A stretch of DNA of 62,191 nucleotides, filler included, from Sphacelaria rigidula (Eukaryota), in assembly GCA_964200075.2 (NCBI GenBank). It is 6 parts of 6 records of this genome, joined end to end, with 100 filler letters (N's around TTAATTAATTAA, not from the genome) between each part and the next. Parts side by side here need not be neighbours in the genome. Positions count along the whole stretch, not along the records: positions 31,148 to 41,429 come from CAXNAA020006794.1; positions 41,530 to 51,810 come from CAXNAA020006795.1; 4 more parts are not named here. The stretch is one strand, 5' to 3'. Positions 37,186-48,656 of the stretch are shown here, one piece after another. How positions within the stretch are numbered: the first letter of the stretch is position 1; each line of letters begins with the position of its first letter. A program made the position numbers and the translations under genes. The notes under the pieces are model-generated. The model had not been told where the DNA came from, did no database searches, and saw only the letters and a program-made list of their open reading frames with translations.

Positions 37186-37938
37186 GTCTTATGGCGGGAA
37201 AACAGCAATGCCCCCTGGGAACTTCTCGGGGAAGACAAAACAACGGTTCTATTTGAAGATGGCAAGTTTTTCATCCGCGCATCTATCTACCACTTCTCTC
37301 AAGGTTGCCTAGCTAAAAGCATTCAGCTGGACTCTCCCTACCACGATGAGGTGGTAACCGGCTTTTGGAACTCACCGAAAGCGAGACAGCTCGAGTTCGT
37401 CAACGCTACTTCTCGGCCACTAGCGTTTCTCATACTACCCACGTCCTGCTCGAACACTGCGACCCACACCTTCCACGCCGGGTTGACAGTACTAGAAGGT
37501 GGTGCAACAATAGGCGTACAGAGAGCCGTCAACCAGTCCGTATTTTCATCAACCACCAGTCCCCAAGTGGTAGAACTCGGGCCTAGAACCGCTAAGGGCG
37601 ACCCCAGGGCGGGCGAGCGGTGCCCGTACATAACATTTTCGCTGCCTTCAAGGACAGGGCTCCTCGTAGGAGTATCGTTGATGACGGCAAAAGATGAGGG
37701 AAACCTGATTTCTGTGTGGGATTACCGCATCGTAAAGCACAGGACACGTGTCACTGTTCTACCAGGGAAATTCGGGAAGGGCATGTATCCTCAACTGGGA
37801 GACCATCGGACAGACGGAGCGATGGTACAGGGGGGAGGAAACTCGCGTGCGCGGGTCGCGCTATCCGCGGTGAAGGACCACTTGGGGTGGAGCAATCAGC
37901 AGGAGCTGGCACCGGCGTCCATAGTACAGCATCTTTAG
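37186..37938 (+). CDS. ZU5-domain protein, terminal exon (HFS motif and a beta-rich C-terminal region)
   Basis: Branch CTAAC and acceptor AACGCAG|; in-frame join gives KSYK|VLWRENSNAPWE...RASIYHFSQGCL; 250 codons to TAG. Confidence 0.78.
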   Translation, partial: VLWRENSNAPWELLGEDKTTVLFEDGKFFIRASIYHFSQGCLAKSIQLDSPYHDEVVTGFWNSPKARQLEFVNATSRPLAFLILPTSCSNTATHTFHAGLTVLEGGATIGVQRAVNQSVFSSTTSPQVVELGPRTAKGDPRAGERCPYITFSLPSRTGLLVGVSLMTAKDEGNLISVWDYRIVKHRTRVTVLPGKFGKGMYPQLGDHRTDGAMVQGGGNSRARVALSAVKDHLGWSNQQELAPASIVQHL

Positions 37939-38309
37939 TCATTTATTTCCTAGTATAGTTCATTGCATCTACACGTTTAGTTTTCTACATGTTTTAACAT
38001 ACATTGTTGGTGCCGTCGGTGATACGTGGAGACTTTCGAATGAGTGTTGCTGCTGCTCAGCGCCGTATCCGAGATCGTCCATATATGTTCATGATCTTGA
38101 AACAATGGCTTGAGTTCACTTCCCCATGTTCCTTCTCAAACGACGCGCATGCTATGCGGTTCTTACGCATGCACATCCTTGACATACTTTGTGCAGCACG
38201 CGAGGCTGTTGCAAGCGCTGATGGCAGTGCATTTAACTAGGCGTCTGACCGGGAAGTAGTCAGAGTACAATTTTCGGCATGAGCGCGATGACAGAGCGAC
38301 GTCAACATA

Positions 38310-38375
38310 GGGGGGGGGGGTGTTCTCATGATTTTGCACGCCATCGTCATATGACCATTCGCCTCGCATCCCTAC
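38310..38375 (-). mobile_element. ~60-bp LINE-tail-like monomer ending in poly(C)
   Basis: Minus strand GTAGGGATGCGAGGCGAATGGTCATATGACGATGGCGTGCAAAATCATGAGAACA(C)11. Confidence 0.7.
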
Positions 38376-38777
38376 AAGGCTGTGATGGTATATGACCGCG
38401 TGCGTGACGTAAATAGTACTCTGGATAGGACGATCGTTCTCAGAAACGGCCGGCGAGTAAGTCAAAAGGGTTCTAGTCGAATGTATGCTTGTAAAGTAGA
38501 AATTGGATTTACTATATGGTTGATTGAGCAGTGCAGCCGTCGAATGTGTAGTTTTGATAAGCTTGTAGATATTTGGTCCACATCTCTGCTTTGTTCATCT
38601 TCTGTTCCTGGTGGTTCCTTCTTTCTTTTGCCTGCCTTTGTTTCATCTGCGCTTCCCCCCCCCTCCCCCGCCGCCGCCGGAACGAGCCTGTATTGCATTC
38701 CCCTTTTTTTGCGTCCTCTTATTTTTATTTTCATTTTATTTTCTTTCATTTTTTTTCATGATTCTCCTCTTTGTTTC

Positions 38778-38865
38778 TGACTACGAGCTGGAGTGTTGCA
38801 ATCAGCTACGTAAAGCGCGATCATCATCTTTTTTGTCTTTGTTCGTGCTTGTGTTTGTCGTAATT

Positions 38866-38915
<50 letters not shown>

Positions 38916-39120
38916 GGTGGTGGTGGTGGTGGCGTTTCTTGTTGTTATCGCTGCTCCCTTTTTTTCTTTTCTGAGGCCGTTGCTTCTGTCGTTTTTCTAT
39001 TCCTTTCTTTCTTTTTTGTATTTTTTTTACTATTATTATGTTCTATTTTTGCTGCTCCTGACCACGGGCTGGATTGTTGCAATCAGCTAAGGTGAGATAA
39101 TCAATCAATCAATCAATCAA
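38778..39120 (+). repeat. Two related retroelement-tail-like motifs flanking a (TTG)n(GTG)n microsatellite
   Basis: TGACTACGAGCTGGAGTGTTGCAATCAGCTA..(TCA)n at 38778 and TGACCACGGGCTGGATTGTTGCAATCAGCTA..(AATC)n at 39059; microsatellite at 38866-38931. Confidence 0.55.
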
Positions 39121-39648
39121 GATCGGAGATCAGTCTGTACATGATTGGCCATACGGGCACGTTGCTGCTGAAGCTTTGATGGGCCGAAAGCATGACGCGT
39201 CAGGTTGACATTGTAATATGGCAGTGTTGCACGCGTGGCGGGGAAAATGTTTTGTAAAAACCTTCACCGCCCCCCGACCTAGTCACTCGTTTCCACCGGC
39301 CGCAGCAGCCCGCATCCTTTTGGATATAGGGTTACAGTAGAACGATAATCAAGAGAACCTACAAGATATCAACAACACTGCTGGTATCTTTCTTCTACTG
39401 GGTCTTCGAGTCCATAGCCCGACCAACGTGAGTTGGTTCGACTGTGTGTGACATACCCCCTTGTGTACAACTTTACCCTTGGGTCGTAGTTATAAGGGGA
39501 TTGGTCACTGACCTCCGAACAGCTGTTGCTATCGTGTGCCTGAGACGGATTGCCTTCAGCGTGTTTCACGAACTGAGTTCAGGACAAGCTTGCCATCATC
39601 CCTTTCTTAAGGGTGCGGCTTGCTATATTACTGCGATACTACCATAAG

Positions 39649-39748
39649 GCCGGGACGGAGCACGCCGGGTTTCGCCGGACCAGGCTCGCACATAATCACC
39701 AAGCGTGAAGCACCGTGATGTGTTCGGCGAGTCGCAAGAATGGGGTGC
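39649..39748 (+). repeat. Dispersed repeat, family D
   Basis: Colinear with 23581-23680. Confidence 0.7.
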
Positions 39749-39778
39749 AATAGGGGGGGACTTGGGGGGGGGGGAGGG

Positions 39779-39811
39779 CGTACTCAGTTGTTGCTTGTCT
39801 CAGTCGTTTGA
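39779..39811 (-). mobile_element. Very short LINE 3' end in a G tract
   Basis: (G)nAGGGCGTACTCAGTTGTTGCTTGTCTCAGTCGTTTGA matches 61565-61602. Confidence 0.65.
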
Positions 39812-41429
39812 AAATCAGTGTTGAAAATCGAACGAAAAATAACGTTCGATACGATATTTCAAAATATCGACGAAAAAGCATCTATACCGATATTTTTTTT
39901 CGATACTCGGAAAATGACGTGATACGTATCGAGTATCGATTCTTGATGCGATACAGCAACTTTGGTAGGGATGCAGCATGCAAGACTTCACGGTACTACC
40001 CTAGCAAGCTAATCCGAAGTGGGGTGCACGCCTGAGTGTGTGAAGGTACAGCGGCAGAAGTGTTTTATCTGATATTGGACATCATTGAAGTGGCGGCATC
40101 ATCACACGCGGTGTGATGTTGCCGTCTAAGAATATCGTTCTTCATCGTGTAAGACAAGAAGTAAAAGAGGTACTTGATCACAACGCCAGGTGCGATGTGT
40201 GATGCATAGTGTTATTCAAGCTAGTGATATACAAAGTACATTCCGCGGTCACTTTTCTGTAATCCTTCGATCAAATCAGAGCGTTCACCTTGAATCTGTG
40301 CACTGCACACTGGGAACACACTCCTCATTATTCAATAAAAACGCGCCAAACCTCGAACCTGCGCGATGAATGCAAATGCGCGCTCGCTTTTTCTGTTATC
40401 CAAACTAGAGGTAAATGTCCCAAATAAGGTGCGCTTAAGGCACCTGACGGGAAAAACTCTGGTTCGTGGGAACCACGACACGTAAAACAATCCCCAGAGT
40501 ATCCGGAGAGAGACAATTCAATCCTCTATCACCCAAGCTTTTCAAAATTGAAAAATAATTAAACCAAGTTGCAGGAGTAGATGTAGGGTATGGCTCTATT
40601 GACGTAAAAAAATGCGGCCAAAACACCGTCTGTTTTAATTACGGTACACTTCATGCAGCAGTTGATTTCTCGCGACCTTAGACGTCCCAGACCTTCTCGT
40701 TTGGTAAAAATATTAATGAGATTAGTGCAACTTGTTTCAAAGAAGAAACAGAGAAGAAAAGAAAAATAGTAATTCGGGGATGAAAATAGCCTATCCCCTA
40801 GTTTTCGGAACAAATTCGGCCATTAAGTCTGTATTTGGCAACGCCGTACTCGACGAAAACGTTTTCCTCTTTTTTGTCTTTATGAACCCATCGAAATACG
40901 TTTTAACAGTAATTTCCCGGAAATTGCTTTTCATGGGCTACGATCAAGGTACTATGACGCACGTTGAGTGATGGACCCTGATCACCGGAAATCGACAATG
41001 ACTACGAAAATGGAACACCTAGAGCTAGGGCGTTCCAGATATTTTGCTGTGGCACAAACCTTTACGCATCGCAATGCATTGCAATACATCGCAATGCACA
41101 CAATACATCACTTTCCGGCACCAGAAAGGAAAACAAGTCGATTCGGGGATAAAATTGGCCTGTCCCCAGATTTTCGGAACAAATTTGAGCATTCTTGTCT
41201 GTGTTTGGCCACGCCGAACTCAATAAACACGTTCGTAGAGCTCTATGCTTTCCGTTTGCTTAGAGCTACCCAAGCAAGTGCAATTGGAATCGGCATAATT
41301 CTCGCAAAAGTTGTTGTTCGACGGATGTGTCCGAGTCACAATGAACCCCCCCCCCCGGTTAGACACCCATGAGGCAGTGTAAAAGCTGTGGCTGTCACCG
41401 GAAAGCGCGAAACCCAAGAACAAAAAAAC

Positions 41430-41529
41430 NNNNNNNNNNNNNNNNNNNNNNNNNNNNNNNNNNNNNNNNNNNNTTAATTAATTAANNNNNNNNNNNNNNN
41501 NNNNNNNNNNNNNNNNNNNNNNNNNNNNN
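41430..41529. other. Artificial contig linker
   Basis: N44-TTAATTAATTAA-N44. Confidence 0.98.
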
Positions 41530-42083
41530 GTGACGTGAGGGCGGGGGGGGGGGGCTGGGGGGAGACTCGGGGCAGTCATAGCTCGACGACAGAGTAGCGT
41601 TCTTCGTCGCTGAATTTTAATAAGCATGGAGTCCACACACGCCATTAATGGTTTTACCCTTGATGCTTTCCATATCAGCCTATCGATGCTTCACGGGTAT
41701 ACCTTTGCTTGCTAGTTTCTCTCCTAGTCTTCCGTGTTGATGGCGTATTTCTTCTGAGGTGGGGAGAATATCGCCTGCTGGTCGCCACTACAATAGGATC
41801 TCCCCGCCAGAGCAGTGATGCTTTGATGCGTGACTGTCCAGATTTGCTCAGTAGCTCTCAATGTTTGATGAGATATGGGCAGCCCCTGCAGTCTGTTTCA
41901 TCGCAGTAGGTGCGATGATAGTTGCATATTACGGCGGGGGACATGTGGCCGCTTGCTTTTCGCGCTTCTTTGCCGTTTTTTGGGCGTGTGTATAACTTCT
42001 GCTGTCTGTCTGCTGCGCGAAGCAACCCGATGGCTGATCCTAGCTGACCCCAACCGTAACCGGATCCTGTATCCTCTGTGCAG

Positions 42084-42141
42084 GCTTTACTTCATCCTCT
42101 GGACGATGTTCATGGTGTTCGCCGGCCTGATGTTCGTCATG
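42084..42141 (+). CDS. ABCG/PDR transporter transmembrane domain, internal exon
   Basis: TGTGCAG| ... ATG|GTGAGC; encodes LYFILWTMFMVFAGLMFVM; phase-0 join to 46030. Confidence 0.75.
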
Positions 42142-42834
42142 GTGAGCGATCGCGTGTAACGATACGGACACACAGAACACGGTTCATCTACCAAGACAAT
42201 CGGCAGCGTGCGTGCATGTGCGCGTGCGTGCGATAGGCTCGTTAGATTGTGGCACCTTCGTACTACTACGTATTTTCTATGCGCGTTGAACATACTCAAC
42301 ACGCCATCTTCCGTCATACTCCCGAACCCCCCCCCCCTGTTCCTTGGGACGAGTCCGCAGTCTCAAGAGATCAAGCCATTTCTAACCAGTACATGCCTGA
42401 CATTTTGGCGTCGCGGATTGGACCAACCCTCCCGCACGGCGCCGGCTCTCGTCATAACCTCCTCAATGCTCACGCCCCCTCCATTTCAACGACAGAAGTG
42501 TGGGATACATCCCAAGAAATAAGACGCATTTGTCCGGATTCGACACCTCCTTACGGCGAAACCGCCTTTCGGTCTGCCACTTACACCACCTGGACAAAGC
42601 GTCCGCGACTACATTCGCTGAATTACCACGTCTTTAGCGAGCGTTTTCTTCCGGGATTAGATATAGATTCTATACGCAGAAGAGTTTCGACGCTCCGGTG
42701 GTTCAATGGCATTGTTGAAGCCAACTGGGTGGGAAGAACACGATTCGATTCTGGGTAGATAAAACTGGAGCTCTTCTCCGAAAAAGTCCCTTTTTAACGT
42801 CGTTGAGAATATGGGGACGTGAGTGGGAATATAT

Positions 42835-44479
42835 CACACCCTGCACAATACAATATGTAATATATATTGCCCGCTCAATATATCGACGCGTCGGGTGGTC
42901 AATATATATTGGGCGAGCAATATGATGACACGAAAGAGGGTCAATATATATTGTGCCATCAATATCTCAAGGCTCGAGACATGCAATATATATCGACCGA
43001 ACAATATATGACGACACGCGCCACCTCGATATATGTTGGCCGAGAAATATATTGGGGCGAGAAGGCACCAATATATATTTGTCGAGTAATGTATTGGCTG
43101 CCACCCGAGGTCAATATATATTGACGATTCAATATACTCGACACCCGAAGCGCCAATATATATTGCCGCCCTTATATATCGTGCGTCGATGCGTCCAATG
43201 TATATTGGGCGGACAATACATGAGGGAACCGACGGTCACAAAACATGTTGGTGTAGCAAATATATATATATATTGATTTTCAACATATAGATTGAAACAT
43301 GTATTGGAATTAGTATGGTGGGCAGTTCTATGTTCGCGGGCGCCATTCAAAGACGTATTTTACCTGCCGAAGACGCTCAATGTATTCCTCCGCAAGCGTG
43401 TTCGATATATATTGGCTGCACAATAGCTATCCGATCAGCGTGCGCAATATATATTGGAAAAGCAATACTTCTGCATGGTTTGCGTTCAATATATATTATG
43501 GTAACAATATGTTACGCATCGCCTCGACTCAATATATATTGACACTTCAATACACACACGGCTGGCATGCACAATATATATATTGAATGTTTTGTTCTCG
43601 GAGCAACTGCATGTCCAATATATATTGTCATACATTACTTCATGATCATGACACGAGCAATATATGTTGCTGCTTCAATATCTCCGAGAACATATCAGCA
43701 CAATATATATTGAACGGACATTATTTGCGCTGGCTCCAATACGAAGTATTGGTATCATATTGGAACATATTGTGTTGTCCAGGGTATAAGCAACACAGCC
43801 CCGGTGACCACAGGGGTACCAAAAGGCGCATATCGACCCGCGTTTTCTGTCGTCGTGATGTTTCGCCAAGATATTTATATTACATGCTGGAAAGGGGATG
43901 GGCGGCCCCGCACCGGTGGCCAGATAGGTATCAGGAGGCATATATACCGGGTCGCCTCTTCTGTCACCATATTTTCTCATCAGTATACACATAAATATAT
44001 ATAAATATCAAACGCATTCGACAGCTTTCCGGAGGAATGCAGGCGAACTTTTGCGGCTCCCTTTGAAGCTTTTCCCAATCTGCACGGGCTCCGGTATCCA
44101 TCACGTCTGGATCTCTCTTGAAGCGCACACCATACTTATAATATCCAATATATATTGACCGGCCAATACAGTATCACCCACGCAGACCCAACATATATTG
44201 ACCGGTCAATGCGACCCTAATATATATATTGGTAACGAAATATGCTGTCGCCCACGCTGCCCCAATATACATTGATGAGACAATATGTGTTCAACCCAAT
44301 AGTACCAATATATATTGGGCGGGCAATATGTATGCAGTACCACGACATCAATATATATTGGGTGCGCAATACATGTGCAGGCTAAGGGTACCAATATATA
44401 TTGCACCGGCAATATATCACGAAATTCCAATATGATCGGCTAATATATATTGAAAAAATATTGTATTGTCCAGGGTGTG
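42835..44479. mobile_element. Intronic non-autonomous TIR element containing phased 42-bp repeat arrays
   Basis: TIR CACACCCTG(C/G)ACAATACAATAT at both ends; perfect 8-bp TSD GAATATAT at 42827-42834 and 44480-44487; about 26 CAATATATATTG-type cores in three blocks. Confidence 0.85.
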
Positions 44480-45626
44480 GAATATATACATATTTTACGA
44501 GGATCGACGCGGGGTGGGAATATTGGTCATGATCCAATCCGCGATATCAAAATGCACGGTCTATACCGGGGGAGAGATGGGTTGGTCTTCCGAGACTACT
44601 GTATTTGTCCTAGGGAAGGGGTGGGAGGAGGGTGGGGGATTGAAAATGTGACGGAACAAGCAAAACGTGACTTTCATAAGCATTTATGTAGGTATACGTA
44701 TCGTTTCAAGAGAACACGAGAATGTAAGGAAGGGGAGGGGTCAAGAATGCGATGAAAAAGGGAAAATATGGCTTTCATGTGCGTAGATGCCCGTCTATAG
44801 TTGTATCGTTTCAAGAGAAGAGGATGGCAGGAAGGGGGGGGGTGAAAAATGTGATGGAAAAAGGATAACTTGGCTTTTGTATGCATACATGTACACATAT
44901 ATCGTTTCAAGAGAACTCAAGGATGTCTGGAGAAGCTCGCGGGGTTGTCTGTATCCAGAGCAGCGTTCGATTGGTGAGCGGTGACACCCAGTGGGGGAGA
45001 ACATCTGTGGATAGGTGCTCTGGTCGCTTCGTTGATTGAAAAGGAAAGGATCTATGTAATAAGTTGATGATATACGTTGGTGCCGTTTGTACATTGTTTT
45101 CGCCAGCGTCTGTCATATATATATATATATATATGTACAAGCCGCACGGGACCCGGGACTGCACCCCGGTCCCGTCCGTCTTTTTCGAGAGTTTCGGTAT
45201 TCTTGCCTTGCCAAGCCCTCGTGAGAATAGACCCTCTCTCGAAATGTTCATGCCCGGCGGAAACATTGCAGGACCACCGCGATCGCGCGTCCGCTCGAAC
45301 GGTCGCGAACGCATGTGTACCCCCGCACAAAGTAAAGCACGAATTCGCTAACCGGGCCCCTAGAATTGGCATTGGCCCGAACAGTCATCTCCCCGGGCGG
45401 GTGCGGGGGAACTTGCACACTAAAACTAGCATTAAATCTCGGGAACACCTCGTTACAAAGTATGCTTGACGCTCGTGAGTTCGCATTATTCTATATATAT
45501 ACTATATTGATTTGTGATTCGTACCGTATTTTCGGTTTCTTTCGTCCATAGTTTCCGTTCATTGTTCATATTGTGCGATTCAGGGGTGGGCGGGGCAGGT
45601 GGTTATCTTTTTTATATTCTGCCGCC

Positions 45627-45926
45627 GAGCGCGGGTGATGTAGTGGTGCAACTGCTGCCATCAGGGTGGAAATAACGCGTGTTTGATTCCCTTCACATGC
45701 GACTGGGCCTTTCCTTTCCAAAATATCTGATGGCCATGGCGTGCGTAGCAAAAAATAGCATTTTCCACCTGATTTTGTTTGTCGGGAGTCGACGCGATGC
45801 AGGAGTGTCAAGTCATGATCCAATCCGCGAGACAGAAATCCAAGGGGTGTACCGGTGGGGGGAGATGGGTGGGTTAATCTCTTGAGACCACGAACTCCTC
45901 CCGAGGAAAGAGAGGGGTTGAAATGC
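45627..45926 (+). mobile_element. tRNA-derived SINE, family C, diverged copy
   Basis: GGTGATGTAGTGG...GTTTGATTCC...CATGATCCAATCCGCGA...TTGAGACCACGAACTC-TCCCGAGGAA. Confidence 0.75.
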
Positions 45927-46029
45927 AACACACATATATACATATATGTAGGAACTATGTCGTTTCCTTCGTTTTTTTATGTATATCTTTTTGGTTTTGC
46001 CACTTCGTGTTCGCTGTTTGTGCGCACAG

Positions 46030-46129
46030 GCTTTGCCGAACGTGGAGGTAGCTCAGACCCTAGGGGGTGTCATGTCAAGCATGTTCAGCCTCTTCGCCGG
46101 CTTCCTCATCAGCCCAGCCATGGTTCCAG
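46030..46129 (+). CDS. ABCG/PDR transporter transmembrane domain, internal exon
   Basis: GCACAG| ... CCAG|GTATTT; encodes ALPNVEVAQTLGGVMSSMFSLFAGFLISPAMVP, typical of ABC-2 membrane domains. Confidence 0.88.
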
Positions 46130-46833
46130 GTATTTACATATACTACGTAGTATACTGTTTATATGTATATATTTATGCGCGTGTGTGGATTGAGCCACGC
46201 GAAAGGGTTACATTCATGTTCCCGTCTGTATTCACACAGCCAGCCGGCAACTGTAGAGTGTTTTCCTGCTCCATCATGTTGTCGAAGGAACCTCGGGGGT
46301 TTGTGCGCAGGAGAGAAGGAAACAGCGAGGGAAATCCACTAGGTTTAGGACATACGCATCCCAGTGTACAGTACAAGGTATCGCTGGCCCCAGACTAAAA
46401 ACAGCTGATGGTGCTGTGTTGCTTGTGTCGGTCACTAGATCGCGAGTCTGGAAAAAGGGGAGAAAATCGGGGAGAGTCGACGAGGCCACGGGAGTGCGGA
46501 GGGTAGGGGCGGGGGAGATATGGGCTGGTTGTTACCTCGCATACCTTGCGTACCATGCTACCTGGCGATGAAATAAGAATCCTGCGTAAGAACTGCATCG
46601 ACGACCCCGCCGGGAATTGTGTCGTAGGAAAAGCCTCGTCGAGATCTTCTGATAGGAACAATAATACCTATAGTAGTGCGGGGTCTTGTGTTATGTTGAG
46701 AGACGATGAAGGAGGTGGGACGAATTGTGTTGCACCGAGTGGTTTGATTGTTCCGAACCCTGCACGGTATGCGTGCGAGCTATCACGCCTGTGCTCGATG
46801 TGAGAATTTCAAGTATGTATGCATTTTTCGTAG

Positions 46834-47199
46834 CACTTTCGACCCTTCCCCTTCCTCGGGACAAGTCCGTGGTCTCAAGGGATGAACCCATCTCTCCCAC
46901 AGTACACGCCTTGTATGAACTGGTCTCGCGGATTTGGTCAGCCCTCCTGCCCGCATCAACTTTCGTCGATCAAACTCGGTCAACTACTTTTGATTTGCTC
47001 ACATACTCACGCTCCCGACGGTGTGTGTGTGTGTTATGTGTGTGTTGTCGTCCCATTTATTCTGGGCACCAGTGTACACCTTTCGGTATATGACGGTGGA
47101 AATCAGATATTGCGAAGAAAAAAGTCAACGCGTCGAGAATCGAGTCCACAATCTCTCCACCCTAGTGGCGACAGTCGAACCGTAAGACCACTGCGGCGC
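46834..47199 (-). mobile_element. SINE family C with a nested SINE-A tail (47021-47090)
   Basis: Colinear with 31974-32273; the insert is flanked by duplicated GACGGTG. Confidence 0.8.
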
Positions 47200-47616
47200 G
47201 GCGGTAATATATATATATATACATATATGTTGTGTCGCCCCGGCCCCGGCCGGCTTGCATATATAAATACTCCGGAGTATATATGTACCGTATACATAAA
47301 CATATATATGAAAAATGGCCAGGTTGGGTCAGTATTTTCTCTTGTCAATGCTCGCTCTGAAAACTAAAAAATAAGCAAAGTGGCGCTGCTTCCCCTCGTG
47401 GAGGGCGTTCGCGAAGCCGTATTCTGAAACGGCCATCCAAAAAGAAGTTGCGCCACTTAGAAACGACAAAACAGGAGGTTCTGCCATGCATCGGGGTGAA
47501 AACAGACCGCCTTTCGGACGAAACAGTTCCTAGTGTACACTGCTTTTTTACTCCAGAGTTGAATCGTTCATTTTCCCCAATTCTTCCCCCGTCTCTTGGT
47601 TCTTGCTTCGTGGCAG

Positions 47617-47666
47617 GTTTCTGGCTCTGGGCCTACTACCTGAATCCTCTGCACTACGTCATCGAG
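47617..47666 (+). CDS. ABCG/PDR transporter transmembrane domain, internal exon
   Basis: TGGCAG| ... GAG|GTACGC; phase-1 join gives P-G-FWLWAYYLNPLHYVIE, the ABCG WxWxYYxNPxxY..E motif. Confidence 0.88.
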
Positions 47667-48404
47667 GTACGCGTCCGTTCATTGTCCCTCTTAGGTTTCT
47701 TGCTTGATTTCATGACGAATGCTTACTTCTATTTGTCCTTTATTTTTTTTGTTTTGTTTCTCCTCTTGTTACTTCGTGATAGCTTCTATGAAGCAAGAAA
47801 CCCCCCGGGCGTGCTTCCATATGCCTCAATCAATGGTCATCATACTAACATGAAGACTTGTACGCATATCAGACTATGTAGTCGCCAAAATGGTGGCGTT
47901 CAAAACATCGAAACTCCTGTGCGTATAATCTCGTCACAACTATTTTTTTCCCTTGGAATCGCTGGAGCGTGATCAACCATAGCTCACCATTTCTTTATTT
48001 TTGATAATCAGAACTTCCCGAGTCTTCGTTCCGCCGTCAGCTCCTCTCTTGCTCTTTCTCTGTAGCTACCTTTCCCATCATTTCATTACTCTCTCCCGCT
48101 CCCTCTCTGTGGCTACCTTTTCCCATCACTCCACCGCTATACCTAAGCTTAATACGAGTCGTATTCACTTCTTTATTCGCCCTCTTTCGGGTCTCGTGGT
48201 GCAAGTTTAGTCTTCAAATTTGTTCTCCTCCAACGCCTGCTCTCCATTTTGGGCGTGAGACACAACGTATCTGATTGTTTTTACATAGACGGACCCAACT
48301 ACACTCTGACACAATCCCCAACCCTAACTCCGACGAAGGCCGACCGTGAACACTCGGGCAGCGGAGGTGTCCGGTGGCTCCGTAGTCAAAGGCTTCATGT
48401 CCTA

Positions 48405-48656
48405 GACACTTTCCACGATAGCCCCCCCCCAGAACAAACAGCCCAAAAGTGTCACAAAAAAATGGACATACAGCGTCTGACGTTTGGCTTCAGGCTGCAT
48501 GAAGCGCCTCATATGGGCGATATTGGCGAGAACGAAGCCAAGCGTGGGCATTCCCAGCTGTTCGTTGTGCTCGGCTTTTCCCACTTTGATTTACGTCAAG
48601 ATTTTTTCTCCTCAAAACCAGGCACTTTTGGGGGAGAGGCTGTCGTAGAAAGTGTC
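48405..48656. repeat. Inverted repeat, probable MITE remnant
   Basis: GACACTTTCCACGATAGCCCCCCCC / GGGGAGAGGCTGTCGTAGAAAGTGTC. Confidence 0.5.

Noticed and set aside
38611..39090. 159-aa hydrophobic ORF as a membrane protein
   Set aside because: Translation of T-rich and (TTG)n(GTG)n microsatellite sequence.
42858..44452. CRISPR array
   Set aside because: Cores are only 12 bp and degenerate, there are no cas genes or leader, the location is a eukaryotic intron, and the array is enclosed by TIRs and a TSD.
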